A DNA stretch of 64,000 bases from Bacteriovoracaceae bacterium (GTDB lineage: Bacteria > Bdellovibrionota > Bacteriovoracia > Bacteriovoracales > Bacteriovoracaceae): contig OZ244226.1 in assembly GCA_965217035.1 (NCBI GenBank), positions 1,346,146 through 1,410,145 of the forward strand. Direction: 5' to 3'. The translations under genes and the position numbers were made by a program. This document shows, in pieces, positions 30,895 to 40,386 of this stretch (the stretch's first letter is position 1; the number at the start of each line of letters is the position of its first letter). Under the pieces are notes generated by a model, which was given only the letters and a program-made list of their open reading frames with translations, did no database searches and was not told the origin of the DNA.

Positions 30895-31977
30895 ATGAGA
30901 AGTTTGCTTTTATTTGCTTTACTCTTATCAATTAATACTTTCGCTTCTGAAAATTATTTTGAATTCTGCGCAGGAAGTCAGATTAATTTCAAATACGGTG
31001 CTGTCGGGGGCTCTGGAGGTCATGGTTTCTTCTACGTACATGGCCTATGTAAAGATTATTCAAAAAATTTCCCACAAGTTATTCCATGCCATGAAAACTC
31101 AAATCACGAAGGGGTTGGAATCACTCTTGATTCTGGATTCAAAAATGTAAGCTGGGTAGCAGTTCCAGGAAGAAATCTTACTCTCTGGGGTAACCTTAGT
31201 GAAAAGCCGAATAGCTTTACAGTCGCAGAAGCAGCCAAAATCATTAATAATTCTAAAGATTTAAGAATCTTTGAAGGAATAGAATATCATAAAAAAGCGA
31301 GCAAGCTCCCTGTTAAGGGTTTTGCTGATGCTTTAATCCAATCAGGAGTTCCCCCTTATATCGTTTATGGTCCCCAAGATAGCCTTTTTGATCTCAGCAA
31401 TCTTTTCAAGAGAAAAGAAGATCCCTATATCAGCCTTGATAATTTTAGATACGGGACAGAAAATTATGAGAAATTTGTGGCCATGCTTTCAATTGGAACA
31501 GACATCGCAATTGGGACAGGTCGTGACCTTGTTTGTGCTCGAATGAAGTTTGATAAAAGCAAAATTCAAACTGCCGCTGATTACTTAAATGAAATTAATA
31601 AGCTTTATTATAATAATGAGAAGATTGATTATGTTTGGTCCGGAATTTTTAACAATTGCAGCCATCTCGCTGTTAACACAGCTTACAAACTTGGCGTTTC
31701 AAAAAAATTCATTAAAACGAATCAGAAAGTTAAAAAAGGCAAAATTGGAAAAATCATTACTTTTATGCAAAATACTTTCTCTCCCTTAACAGAAACAGAT
31801 ATTGTAACCCCTGCAGATTTGTTTTTAAAGTTTCAAAAAAGAAATGCTGAAAAGGTCATTCATTATCCACTAGAAATGACTTCAGATAAAAATGATTTCT
31901 TTAAGACTGAAGATCTTAAAGTCTTTTCTCTTGGTAAATTTGGGAAAATCCCTATTAAAGAGTTGATCAAAAACTAA
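30895..31977 (+). CDS. Secreted protein, possible permuted papain-like (NlpC/P60) cysteine hydrolase
   Basis: Signal peptide; GGHGFFYV, Y.W...NNCSHL and TPADL in His-before-Cys order. Confidence 0.55.
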   Translation: MRSLLLFALLLSINTFASENYFEFCAGSQINFKYGAVGGSGGHGFFYVHGLCKDYSKNFPQVIPCHENSNHEGVGITLDSGFKNVSWVAVPGRNLTLWGNLSEKPNSFTVAEAAKIINNSKDLRIFEGIEYHKKASKLPVKGFADALIQSGVPPYIVYGPQDSLFDLSNLFKRKEDPYISLDNFRYGTENYEKFVAMLSIGTDIAIGTGRDLVCARMKFDKSKIQTAADYLNEINKLYYNNEKIDYVWSGIFNNCSHLAVNTAYKLGVSKKFIKTNQKVKKGKIGKIITFMQNTFSPLTETDIVTPADLFLKFQKRNAEKVIHYPLEMTSDKNDFFKTEDLKVFSLGKFGKIPIKELIKN

Positions 31978-32963
31978 ATATACTTAATCTCTGACTTCTG
32001 AGTCGGAGCCGCCGCTGCTTTGATATTTAATCCATGGATAGAAAAATAGTTGTGCAACATTGCATCCACAGTCGGAATTGTTAAATTAAAAACACTCAAT
32101 AAGTTCTGAACACTCATAGAAAAATTTAACTCTTCTGAATTTCCTACCCCTGAAACAATCGCTTTCTTTTCATCTAATGGGAAAGGGAGACGTTTTTGAG
32201 AAATAAAAGAGTGATCAAACTTATGAGTTTTAGCATAAATCTTTGCAAACTCGTATTGAGTTAAAACTTCATTTGAACTTATTTGAAAAAGCCTATTGGA
32301 GACATCCTTCTTAAGCGCCATATCAACAATTTTAGCCATCAAAAGCACACTAAACCAACCATTTCTAACGGAGTTATCACAATAAAAAGGTCGATGATAA
32401 AAAAACTTATTTTCAAGAAATTCTAAGAAATTAGGTTTTGCTGGATTATAAGAACGACCAAACATATTACACACTCTAAAAATAATATAATTTAAAGAGT
32501 TCTTCTGGATATAAAATTCAGAGTTCGCTTGTGTTCCTCCATAAACGGTAGAAGGCATTGGTGTTTCTCTTTCCGTATACCCTCCCTTATCACCTGAAAA
32601 AATATAAGGACTCGAAAAGTAGATAAACTTTGTTCCATATTTTTCAATTGTAGAAACGGTGTTAACAACACCTGAAGTATTCAAAGCATCTGCTCGATTT
32701 CTATATTGAGCACAAGCTGAAAGAGAATTTTGACCAATACAATAAATAACAATATCAGGTCTAAAAGCAAAAACTAACTTATCTAATGCTTTTTTGTTAA
32801 AAATATCTAAACGTACAGTTAGAACATCTTTAAATTTAATTGGATTGTTATAATAAGTGCCAATGACTTTGTAACTCGCTTTAAGGTAGCTTACAAGATT
32901 AACACCTAAAAAAGAGGATGCTCCAAGAACAAGAATAGTCTTTTTGTCTTTTACTTCTTCCAC
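31974..32963 (-). CDS. RmlD-like NAD(P)-dependent sugar-nucleotide reductase family protein
   Basis: LVLGASSFLG, PDIVIYC, FIYFSS.YIFSG.KG.Y.E...P.P..VYG; the YxxxK Lys is replaced by Gln (YGGTQ). Confidence 0.8.
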   Translation of the reverse strand: MEEVKDKKTILVLGASSFLGVNLVSYLKASYKVIGTYYNNPIKFKDVLTVRLDIFNKKALDKLVFAFRPDIVIYCIGQNSLSACAQYRNRADALNTSGVVNTVSTIEKYGTKFIYFSSPYIFSGDKGGYTERETPMPSTVYGGTQANSEFYIQKNSLNYIIFRVCNMFGRSYNPAKPNFLEFLENKFFYHRPFYCDNSVRNGWFSVLLMAKIVDMALKKDVSNRLFQISSNEVLTQYEFAKIYAKTHKFDHSFISQKRLPFPLDEKKAIVSGVGNSEELNFSMSVQNLLSVFNLTIPTVDAMLHNYFSIHGLNIKAAAAPTQKSEIKYI

Positions 32964-33127
32964 TCTTCTATTCTAAGCGATTTCCTCATTTAAATCATCT
33001 CGGTTTAAATTACTTGAGTAATAAGCTGTGTTTGAGAAAGAAAAATACTTTGAGGACAGGAGTCCGAGAGACCATATACCTAAGTCATATTAACGGAGCA
33101 GGATACGTAGTAAAGGGAAAAAGAAAT

Positions 33128-33161
33128 AAAAAAAAACCCCCAAGTAATTCTGCTCGGGGGT
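33128..33161 (-). terminator. Intrinsic terminator after flagellin
   Basis: Minus strand CCCCCGAG...CTTGGGGG followed by T9. Confidence 0.8.
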
Positions 33162-33193
33162 ATGTAGAGATTGAAGTGAATGATATCTCAAAA

Positions 33194-34027
33194 TCAACCT
33201 AGTAGTTTCAGTGCAAGACTGGAAGCATTGTTTGCTTGAGCTAACACAGCTACTCCCGACTGTGAAAGGATATTGTTTTTAGTTAGGTCAGCGGTTTCGG
33301 AAGCAATATCAACATCTCGAATCCGTGAGTTCGCAGCACTGAAGTTCTCGTCGTTAATATCGAGCGTATTCGTGACGGTCACTAGCCTGTTTTGAAGAGC
33401 ACCAAGTTCTGCACGAGAACCGTTGATCGATAAAATCGCATTATCGATTGTGGCCAATGCATTTTGTGCGCCTTCTTTACTAGAGATTTCATCCCCTGAG
33501 ACACCTAACGATCCAACCGTGGCATCTGTCAAAGAAGAATCGTACCGAATACGGTCTTCAAATGGATTGTTTCGCGTCCCAATCTGAATTTCAATGAGTC
33601 CACCAGTACCATTTAATAGTTTATTACCGTTAAACTCTCCAGATTGTGCAACTCTTTCAATCTCTCCTTTCAATGCCTGAAATTCGAGATCAGTAAACCT
33701 TCTTTCATCCGGTCCAACTGTATCTGAAGCTGCTTGAATCGCTAACTCTCTCATTCGTATTAACATCCCAGAAACTTCATTAAGCCCACCTTCGGCAACT
33801 TGAACCATTGAAATCCCGTCTTCAGTGTTTCTTCTGGCTTGTCGCATACTTCGAATTTGTGCTTTAAGTTTCTCACTAATTGCTAACCCTGCAGCATCAT
33901 CTGCTGCCTTGGAAATTCTAGAACCCGATGCAAGTCTACTGTAATTGCTATCAAGATTCCGTTTTGTCATCTTTAAGTTCCGCTGTGCCGTAATCGATGG
34001 CACATTGGTGTTAATTCTAATTCCCAT
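33194..34027 (-). CDS. fliC: Flagellin (277 aa)
   Basis: IRINTNV, RLASGSRI..AADDAAGLAIS, RAELGALQNRL, SRIRDVD, VLAQAN. Confidence 0.97.
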   Translation of the reverse strand: MGIRINTNVPSITAQRNLKMTKRNLDSNYSRLASGSRISKAADDAAGLAISEKLKAQIRSMRQARRNTEDGISMVQVAEGGLNEVSGMLIRMRELAIQAASDTVGPDERRFTDLEFQALKGEIERVAQSGEFNGNKLLNGTGGLIEIQIGTRNNPFEDRIRYDSSLTDATVGSLGVSGDEISSKEGAQNALATIDNAILSINGSRAELGALQNRLVTVTNTLDINDENFSAANSRIRDVDIASETADLTKNNILSQSGVAVLAQANNASSLALKLLG

Positions 34028-34296
34028 AATTAATCTCCGCTATTCATATGCACCTCCTATGCTTAGCGATCTTTCTGATCAATTTGTTAATAATAATTTT
34101 GCACATACTTCTACACCTATAGAGATTTCACCCTCTACAACTTCATGATCAGTGGATTGGACGAACCTCACCATCTGACTTATGCAGGATCGTTTAACTT
34201 AATTAAAGTTCAACTCAACAAAAACAACTCAACTATTTGCTTGGCATGGCTCTTTAGGGCCATCCAAGCACTAGTGCCTTACAGACTTGCTAGTGC

Positions 34297-35145
34297 TTAG
34301 ATTTGCGAAGCCGAGTTGATAAGCCCGATTGCAGACGATGTTACTCTGTTCGCTTGCGCTAGTACCGAAGTACCCGCTTGCATTAGAACGTTGTTTTTCG
34401 TCAATTCAGCCGTCGACTTAGCGATGTCAGCATCACGAATACGAGAGTTCGCGGCAGACATGTTTTCAATACTGATCAAAATATTATTGATCGTTGATTG
34501 AAGTCTGTTCTGAAGAGCACCGAAGTCGGCACGAACCCCAGAAACTGTAATGATTGCTTGGTCAATCGCTGCGAGCGAATTCTGAGCTGAAATTTTATCC
34601 GCAACCGATGCGAGATTCAGTCCTAGTGCCGCAACATTAACATCAGCTGCCGAAGCATCAAATGTTAATCTGTCGGCGATAGGATCGTTTCTCGTTCCGA
34701 TTTGAATATCGAGAACAGCTCCTGTTCCATTGAGAAGCTTAACATTGTTAAATTCTGTAGAATTAGCTATCCGATCCATTTCGGAAACTAACTGTTCGAA
34801 TTCAACATTGAGAAACTTTCTCTCTGTTGGTCCGATCGTGTCTGATGCAGCCTGCACAGCCAACTCTCTAAGTCTAATTAGAATGTTAGATGATTCGGCA
34901 AGAGCACCTTCTGCGATCTGCACTAGCGAGATACCGTCACTTGCGTTCCGTTCAGCTTGACCTAATCCTCGAATTTGAGCCCTCAAATTCTCAGAGATCG
35001 CTAAACCTGCGGCATCGTCACCAGCACGATTGATACGAAAACCCGAAGATAACTGCTCGAGAGTCTTATGGAGACCTCTTTGAGTATTTCGGAGGTTCCG
35101 TTGTGCGTTCACTGACGCTACGTTGGTGTTGATACGTAATCCCAT
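34297..35145 (-). CDS. fliC: Flagellin (282 aa)
   Basis: MGLRINTNV (ATG 35145, AGGAGG RBS), LSSGFRINRAGDDAAGLAIS, GALQNRL, SRIRDAD. Confidence 0.97.
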   Translation of the reverse strand: MGLRINTNVASVNAQRNLRNTQRGLHKTLEQLSSGFRINRAGDDAAGLAISENLRAQIRGLGQAERNASDGISLVQIAEGALAESSNILIRLRELAVQAASDTIGPTERKFLNVEFEQLVSEMDRIANSTEFNNVKLLNGTGAVLDIQIGTRNDPIADRLTFDASAADVNVAALGLNLASVADKISAQNSLAAIDQAIITVSGVRADFGALQNRLQSTINNILISIENMSAANSRIRDADIAKSTAELTKNNVLMQAGTSVLAQANRVTSSAIGLINSASQI

Positions 35146-35216
35146 TGCGCATCCTCCTGATGATTTCAACCTCAACTCATTTAAGGCTGGCGAAGTTCAA
35201 AGTCTTCACATTAAAC

Positions 35217-35244
35217 TCATCGTGAAAATTGAAGGATTCTCTTA
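35217..35244 (-). promoter_or_regulatory. Candidate sigma28 promoter of flagellin
   Basis: TAAG-N16-CACGATGA, ~70 bp upstream of the flagellin start. Confidence 0.55.
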
Positions 35245-35290
35245 GGGAGGTTTTCCTTGATGGAAATTCTTTCCCTGCTATTATAAAAGT

Positions 35291-36124
35291 ATGAACATTG
35301 AGGACCTAGTCCTGACAAATTTAAAAGAAAAACCCGAGCTAAAAAGTCAGACTCTGGCTTTAATTGAAAAAGAATTTGGTTATAACGTTGGAAACTCCTT
35401 TGAAGTCGACTTCTACCCACTCTTCAACCTTCAAAATTTCCATAACTGCTACTTGCTTTGTGATACTCGAAACCAGGTTATAGCGCATATAGGACGCAAA
35501 ATAAGAACCTTTGAGAACGGAATGACTTGTTCACTTTGGGGCGGAATTGCCGTAATGTCCAAGTATCAAGGTCAAGGAATTTTCAAAAACTTTTTCAGGG
35601 CTTTGCTCGAGGAAGATCCAAAAGAAAATATCCAAATCCTTTGGAGTGGCGATCCTGAGATTTATTACAAAATGGGCTTTGAACTCAAGCACGAACAATA
35701 TGAATATCTTCAGAAAAACTCTTCATCTCAATTCATTGAAATAAATAAAGAGGAAATCAGCAAAGAAGACTTTGAGTCGATTCAGCTTCTCTATCAAAAA
35801 AAAATGAAAAAATTTCAAATGTTCATAAGAAAAGAAGAAGACTGGCAAGAATGGCTAGAAGTAAAATCAGCAAAACTTTTTGTATATAAAAAATTTGGAA
35901 AAATAAATGCCTACTTTTTAAAAGATAAAGGGCAAGATCTTGCAAATATCATTCATGAACACTTCATTCCCGAAGAACTTTTCGAACAAGCGAGAAATCA
36001 TGGGAATCTATGGGCTGCACCAAAAGAGTTCAACGCGAAACCTGACCAGATATCTTACCTTGGTCTTTTTCAAAGAGACCAAGGCTTGAATAATATTTGG
36101 ATCAATGGAATAGACAGTATTTAG
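35291..36124 (+). CDS. GNAT-family acetyltransferase
   Basis: GGIAV..KYQGQGIF acetyl-CoA motif; YYKMGF. Confidence 0.85.
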   Translation: MNIEDLVLTNLKEKPELKSQTLALIEKEFGYNVGNSFEVDFYPLFNLQNFHNCYLLCDTRNQVIAHIGRKIRTFENGMTCSLWGGIAVMSKYQGQGIFKNFFRALLEEDPKENIQILWSGDPEIYYKMGFELKHEQYEYLQKNSSSQFIEINKEEISKEDFESIQLLYQKKMKKFQMFIRKEEDWQEWLEVKSAKLFVYKKFGKINAYFLKDKGQDLANIIHEHFIPEELFEQARNHGNLWAAPKEFNAKPDQISYLGLFQRDQGLNNIWINGIDSI

Positions 36125-36126
36125 CT

Positions 36127-37515
36127 CTATAATAACTCTATGAGTTCTTCTTTGCTGGTAGGTCTATGATAAACCTTCATCTTTTTTAAAGTTTCTGACT
36201 TCAACTTTTTGTTCAGCTTATCAGGGCCACCAAACCTAGACTTTCCATAAATATACTTATCAAAAAAGTCTTTAAGGTTCACATTAAAATATTGCTCTAA
36301 ATCTCTTCGAAACTCGAGAGTGGTCATTGATGAAAACATTTTTGTATCGGCCCAGTTCTTCATAAAAGCTTTCATTCCACCTTTCTCTTTAAACTTGTAA
36401 TCGAAATGAGCAATAATACGAGCTCCCAGACTGTAAGCATTCCGATCTGTGTCTCTTCTATACATTGAATGCCCAGCCATTTTAGTTTTGGTGTCGTAGC
36501 TTGGTCGTGAAGGATAACCATCATCACGCCAAGATGCCATTGCTTCATCGATCCATCCCCCATTGCCACCAGCGGGGTGAATCCCTCTAGCAAAATAAGT
36601 ATGATGGAGTTCATGCCCTAAAGCAGGCATCGATGTTCGTGTAGCTCCATTGTATTCCATTCCTCCAAAGCCTGCACCATAGACAATCAAAAACGGATAA
36701 GGCCATGCACCGTAATCATTTTCTAATTCTTCAAGAATTGGAAAAGAGGCTTCTAAGAACCTATCCGCTTTTTCTCCATAGGAAACGACTTTAACAATTC
36801 GGCCATTAATTGATTTATAATCTTTTCTTGTGACTTTATGAGCTCCCTCTGGAAATAAATGAAAATAAAGTCCTGAAGAGTTATAATGACTTGGGCATTT
36901 TGCTGAGAATTGGTTAGACCTTCTACGCCTTTTTGATAAACAATTAATCATCAGAATATGCTTCTTATCTGTTCCCTTTACATGAACATTAAAATTCATT
37001 TGATAATTATCGTAGTCTAGATTTGTCGGTAGATATTTTTCTAAAAAGCTTCGATCAGACAAGTCGGACATCCAAAAGGCTGACTTCACACTATTTTGTC
37101 TAAAAGTAACAAGCTCCGTGATTTTACTTTTAATTTTTAAAGAATATTCACCCTTTTTAATTTTTTTAGAGATGCTTTTATAAGCTGTGGAAATTCTCTT
37201 TTTTCGACTCGTAAGTTTTACTTCTTTCAGCTCAACACTTTCAAATTTATTTGCAGAAAGAATTTTTGCTTCAGCTTGATTAGGCACTAGATCAAAAAGA
37301 GGAAAACCATCTTTTGGCATGAAAAAGAGAATTTCAGATTCAGCGACAGCTTCTCTATTTTCAATATCATAAGTAATTTTATAATTTGCTTTTTTGAAGT
37401 TCACAAAAACAAAATGGGAACCATTTTTAGAGAAATTCTTAGGGGCCCTCGCCAAATCGTTTGCTAATATATTTGTAGAAAATATAAACAAAAGAAACAC
37501 AATACATCGCTTCAT
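36127..37515 (-). CDS. Secreted gluzincin (M1-like) zinc metallopeptidase
   Basis: Signal peptide; GGMEY, HELHH, WIDEAMA, AYSLG. Confidence 0.88.
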   Translation of the reverse strand: MKRCIVFLLFIFSTNILANDLARAPKNFSKNGSHFVFVNFKKANYKITYDIENREAVAESEILFFMPKDGFPLFDLVPNQAEAKILSANKFESVELKEVKLTSRKKRISTAYKSISKKIKKGEYSLKIKSKITELVTFRQNSVKSAFWMSDLSDRSFLEKYLPTNLDYDNYQMNFNVHVKGTDKKHILMINCLSKRRRRSNQFSAKCPSHYNSSGLYFHLFPEGAHKVTRKDYKSINGRIVKVVSYGEKADRFLEASFPILEELENDYGAWPYPFLIVYGAGFGGMEYNGATRTSMPALGHELHHTYFARGIHPAGGNGGWIDEAMASWRDDGYPSRPSYDTKTKMAGHSMYRRDTDRNAYSLGARIIAHFDYKFKEKGGMKAFMKNWADTKMFSSMTTLEFRRDLEQYFNVNLKDFFDKYIYGKSRFGGPDKLNKKLKSETLKKMKVYHRPTSKEELIELL

Positions 37516-37623
37516 AATCCACCTTTTCTATAATCTAAAATTAATAAAGATTAAATCATTGTAAATTAATCAAGTAAAGTACACGCGTCGCGTCCATAAA
37601 GAATGCAATGATTTGAATACTTG

Positions 37624-39048
37624 CTAGGCTGCCAGAGAGGTTCTTTTGTCTAACTTTTCAGCGACTTGAACCATAATCTGATTATAAACAGAGTTACTTC
37701 TATTCGAGGCTAAATTATCTTTATAAGTTTTAAGAAGACTTAACTTTTCTTCAGGTAAGCAAGACTCGAGTTTTTCTAGAACTGATTGAGGTGCATGCCA
37801 CGCAATCGCTAATTGCTTAGCAGTATAACTTGAAAGAATTTCATCGATATCATCCTCTCGCAAGAGAGTTAACCAAGAAAGTGATGGAAAAGCTTTCAAC
37901 AAACTCACATCATGCCCATTTTCTTTAAAGAACTCTTCTTCTTCATCAAAGTCCTTAAACTCAAAAACTTGAATACTTTCAAAGGCTCTCGTTTGAGTTG
38001 TTCTGTATTCTTCCCAGTTAATATTCTGTATTTCGAATTGAGTATCCTCTTCAGAATACTTTTTAAGAAAAAATTCTTTCTTCTTAAGCGCACTCAAATC
38101 AAGCTTATCGATCCTTAACTTCGGCAAGAGGTGAAAAAGAGAGTTATACTTTTCAACTAAGTTTGTGAGAGATTCATTATCGATCGAAGCTAAAGGCAAT
38201 GGAGAGATATAATAAGAATCTGAGACATGCCTTTTATTATTCTGTTCAACTGATTGTAGATAGGCTCCATAATCAGAAAGTCTTCTATTTCTTTCAATTA
38301 GTTGTCCTTTTCTCAGAATATCAAGACGATCCCATAAATAAGCAGCATAGCTATCCTCATGAGACCAATAACAATCCATTAAAACTTCCTCTAGAGACTC
38401 CAAGGAAACATCAATGAGGAAACTATCTTTTCCAGAATTAACTTCGATATTAAAAGGTGTTGTTTCTGTTTTTACCTCTGGCGTTGTACTAAGCTGCTCT
38501 AGAGAATTAGAGAGTTTATTGATTCCTTCTTCAACGATTTTACCAATATGACTCACACTTCCTTTTTGAGATCTAAAGAAAGCAAAAATTCCAAAACAAA
38601 GGCTTAGGCTCATCAATAGAATCAAAGACAACTCAAAAGGTTTCACATTCGAGAAATAACCAACACTTTCTTCTGAGAAACTAGAAAAACTCATTTCATT
38701 ATTTTTAGAGTATTGTTTTAAAATATTTTTGATTCTCTCTCTCAGAGTATTCGGTAAGCTATTTTCATCATATTTAGTAAAAACAACTGCTGATACTTTA
38801 GAAATATAATAATCTTGCCCTTTTTTATTACTATCTATTGAAAGTAAAAAAGGATTTTTTGTATTAACTTTCTTTCTTCTTTTAGTAATTTTAAGACTCA
38901 CATCAACTCTTGCATTTTTATCAAAGATCTTGGAAACATTCTCTAATCTCTTTGTGATCTCACCCCTTAAAGCTTCTTTATCTGAAAGTTGATCAAAGCC
39001 AAAGCTCGTATTAATCAATAATGCTATTAATATTATTATGCTTTTCAT
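37624..39048 (-). CDS. Single-pass membrane protein with putative FliF-RBM3-like periplasmic and FliG-C-like cytoplasmic domains
   Basis: Signal peptide aa 1-17; TM ~aa 140-158; C-terminal LLREDDIDEILSSYTAKQLAIAW.APQSVLEKLESCLP..LSLL follows the FliG-C helix pattern; ATGA overlap with the motB stop. Confidence 0.6.
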   Translation of the reverse strand: MKSIIILIALLINTSFGFDQLSDKEALRGEITKRLENVSKIFDKNARVDVSLKITKRRKKVNTKNPFLLSIDSNKKGQDYYISKVSAVVFTKYDENSLPNTLRERIKNILKQYSKNNEMSFSSFSEESVGYFSNVKPFELSLILLMSLSLCFGIFAFFRSQKGSVSHIGKIVEEGINKLSNSLEQLSTTPEVKTETTPFNIEVNSGKDSFLIDVSLESLEEVLMDCYWSHEDSYAAYLWDRLDILRKGQLIERNRRLSDYGAYLQSVEQNNKRHVSDSYYISPLPLASIDNESLTNLVEKYNSLFHLLPKLRIDKLDLSALKKKEFFLKKYSEEDTQFEIQNINWEEYRTTQTRAFESIQVFEFKDFDEEEEFFKENGHDVSLLKAFPSLSWLTLLREDDIDEILSSYTAKQLAIAWHAPQSVLEKLESCLPEEKLSLLKTYKDNLASNRSNSVYNQIMVQVAEKLDKRTSLAA

Positions 39049-39680
39049 CTTGATACCAACCTTATGCTCAATGAACGAGTATCTCTAGGTCTTGCTTTTA
39101 AGCCTTGTACAAAAACTTGGTTTTCATCAAACCCTTTTTTAATGGCAAATTCTACTGCTCTCGCAGCTCTCATACTTGAAAGAATTAAATTACTATTAAT
39201 CACTTCTTTATTCTCTTTAAATTTCAATGAATCAGTATGGCCAATAAAGTAAACATCTAATTTTTCTTTATGTTCTTCCAAAAGTTTGAAAACACTTTCA
39301 AGCTTTTGTACGACTGATTGAGAAAGATCATATTTACCAATATCGTAAATATTAGGAGGTAGATCAATGATAAATTCTTTATAAATTGGTTTCTCAATTT
39401 TTTTTGAATTATTAAAACTGATATTTAAGCTCTCTCCGATATCTTTAGTCGCTATTTTTCGTTCTGGATTAACAACAAAATTTTGATCTTTTAGAACATC
39501 ACTATTCATGAGTTTAAAAGCAAGTTTTTGGATATGATCATTCTTTCCAACGTCATTTAAATTGAAATAAATAATGAAAAATGACATGAGAACCATTAAT
39601 AAATCGGAGTAGGACACGGCCCATCCTTCAGAATTTTCGTAATGATTAGTTCTTCTCGCTTTCTTAACCGGCTTGCTCAT
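39045..39680 (-). CDS. motB: MotB-like stator subunit
   Basis: WAVSYSDLLMVLMSFF with the conserved Asp; OmpA-like domain GHTD...NLILSSMRA. Likely start ATG 39680. Confidence 0.88.
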   Translation of the reverse strand: MSKPVKKARRTNHYENSEGWAVSYSDLLMVLMSFFIIYFNLNDVGKNDHIQKLAFKLMNSDVLKDQNFVVNPERKIATKDIGESLNISFNNSKKIEKPIYKEFIIDLPPNIYDIGKYDLSQSVVQKLESVFKLLEEHKEKLDVYFIGHTDSLKFKENKEVINSNLILSSMRAARAVEFAIKKGFDENQVFVQGLKARPRDTRSLSIRLVSR

Positions 39681-40386
39681 AATACGCTTGCTCCAAGTTA
39701 AGATTTTCAAGAAAACTTATAGGTTCTGATCGATTAATCTTTAATAATGCTGTTAAAAAAAGATCATTTCTATTTGTAATAGCCTTGTGACGAATATGAA
39801 GTCTATCTGCCAAAGGTAATAAAATAAAGTTTGCAAACATAAGACCATAAAAAGTCGCTGTCATAGCAATAGAGAGTGCTTCACCAATCATCGCCTTATT
39901 GTCTCCATTGAGATTAGCAAAAAGACTAATCATCCCCATCACTGTACCAGTCATTCCTAAGGCTGGAGGGTATTTTGAAAGATTTTTAAGAACGCTCACT
40001 GGTAGTTCTGTTGTTGCTACGATCTCTTCGTTCTTTTCAATAAGAAGTGTTTCAACCATATCTGCTTCTACGCCTTGTTTCCAAAGCTTTAAAGCATAGT
40101 TAACCAGTGGAATTTTATGATGATCATTCAGACCTTTCTTAGAAGCAATTTCTTGCACCATAGATCTGACTTCCTCAGATGATTTATCCTTTTCAAAAAG
40201 TTCTTTAATTGCCTTAAAAGTCATCTTTATATTATTGAATGGATTTGCAAAGAAGAAGATTGCAATCGTTCCCAAGAAAACAATATAAAAACTATGAGCA
40301 CTCAAATAAATAGCAGAGTTTTTTGTTTCAAGACTCAAATAGATAACAGCTAAGACACCAAGAATACCAAATGGTAGAGATTTCAT
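39664..40386 (-). CDS. motA: MotA-like stator subunit
   Basis: IVFLGT, YPPALGMTGTVMGMI, A.TATFYG..FANFILLPLA. Confidence 0.88.
   Translation of the reverse strand: MKSLPFGILGVLAVIYLSLETKNSAIYLSAHSFYIVFLGTIAIFFFANPFNNIKMTFKAIKELFEKDKSSEEVRSMVQEIASKKGLNDHHKIPLVNYALKLWKQGVEADMVETLLIEKNEEIVATTELPVSVLKNLSKYPPALGMTGTVMGMISLFANLNGDNKAMIGEALSIAMTATFYGLMFANFILLPLADRLHIRHKAITNRNDLFLTALLKINRSEPISFLENLNLEQAYYEQAG

Noticed and set aside
37551..37616. Imperfect 13-bp inverted repeat after the motor operon
   Set aside because: AT-rich, long loop and no U-tract; cannot be distinguished from chance or an ordinary 3' stem.
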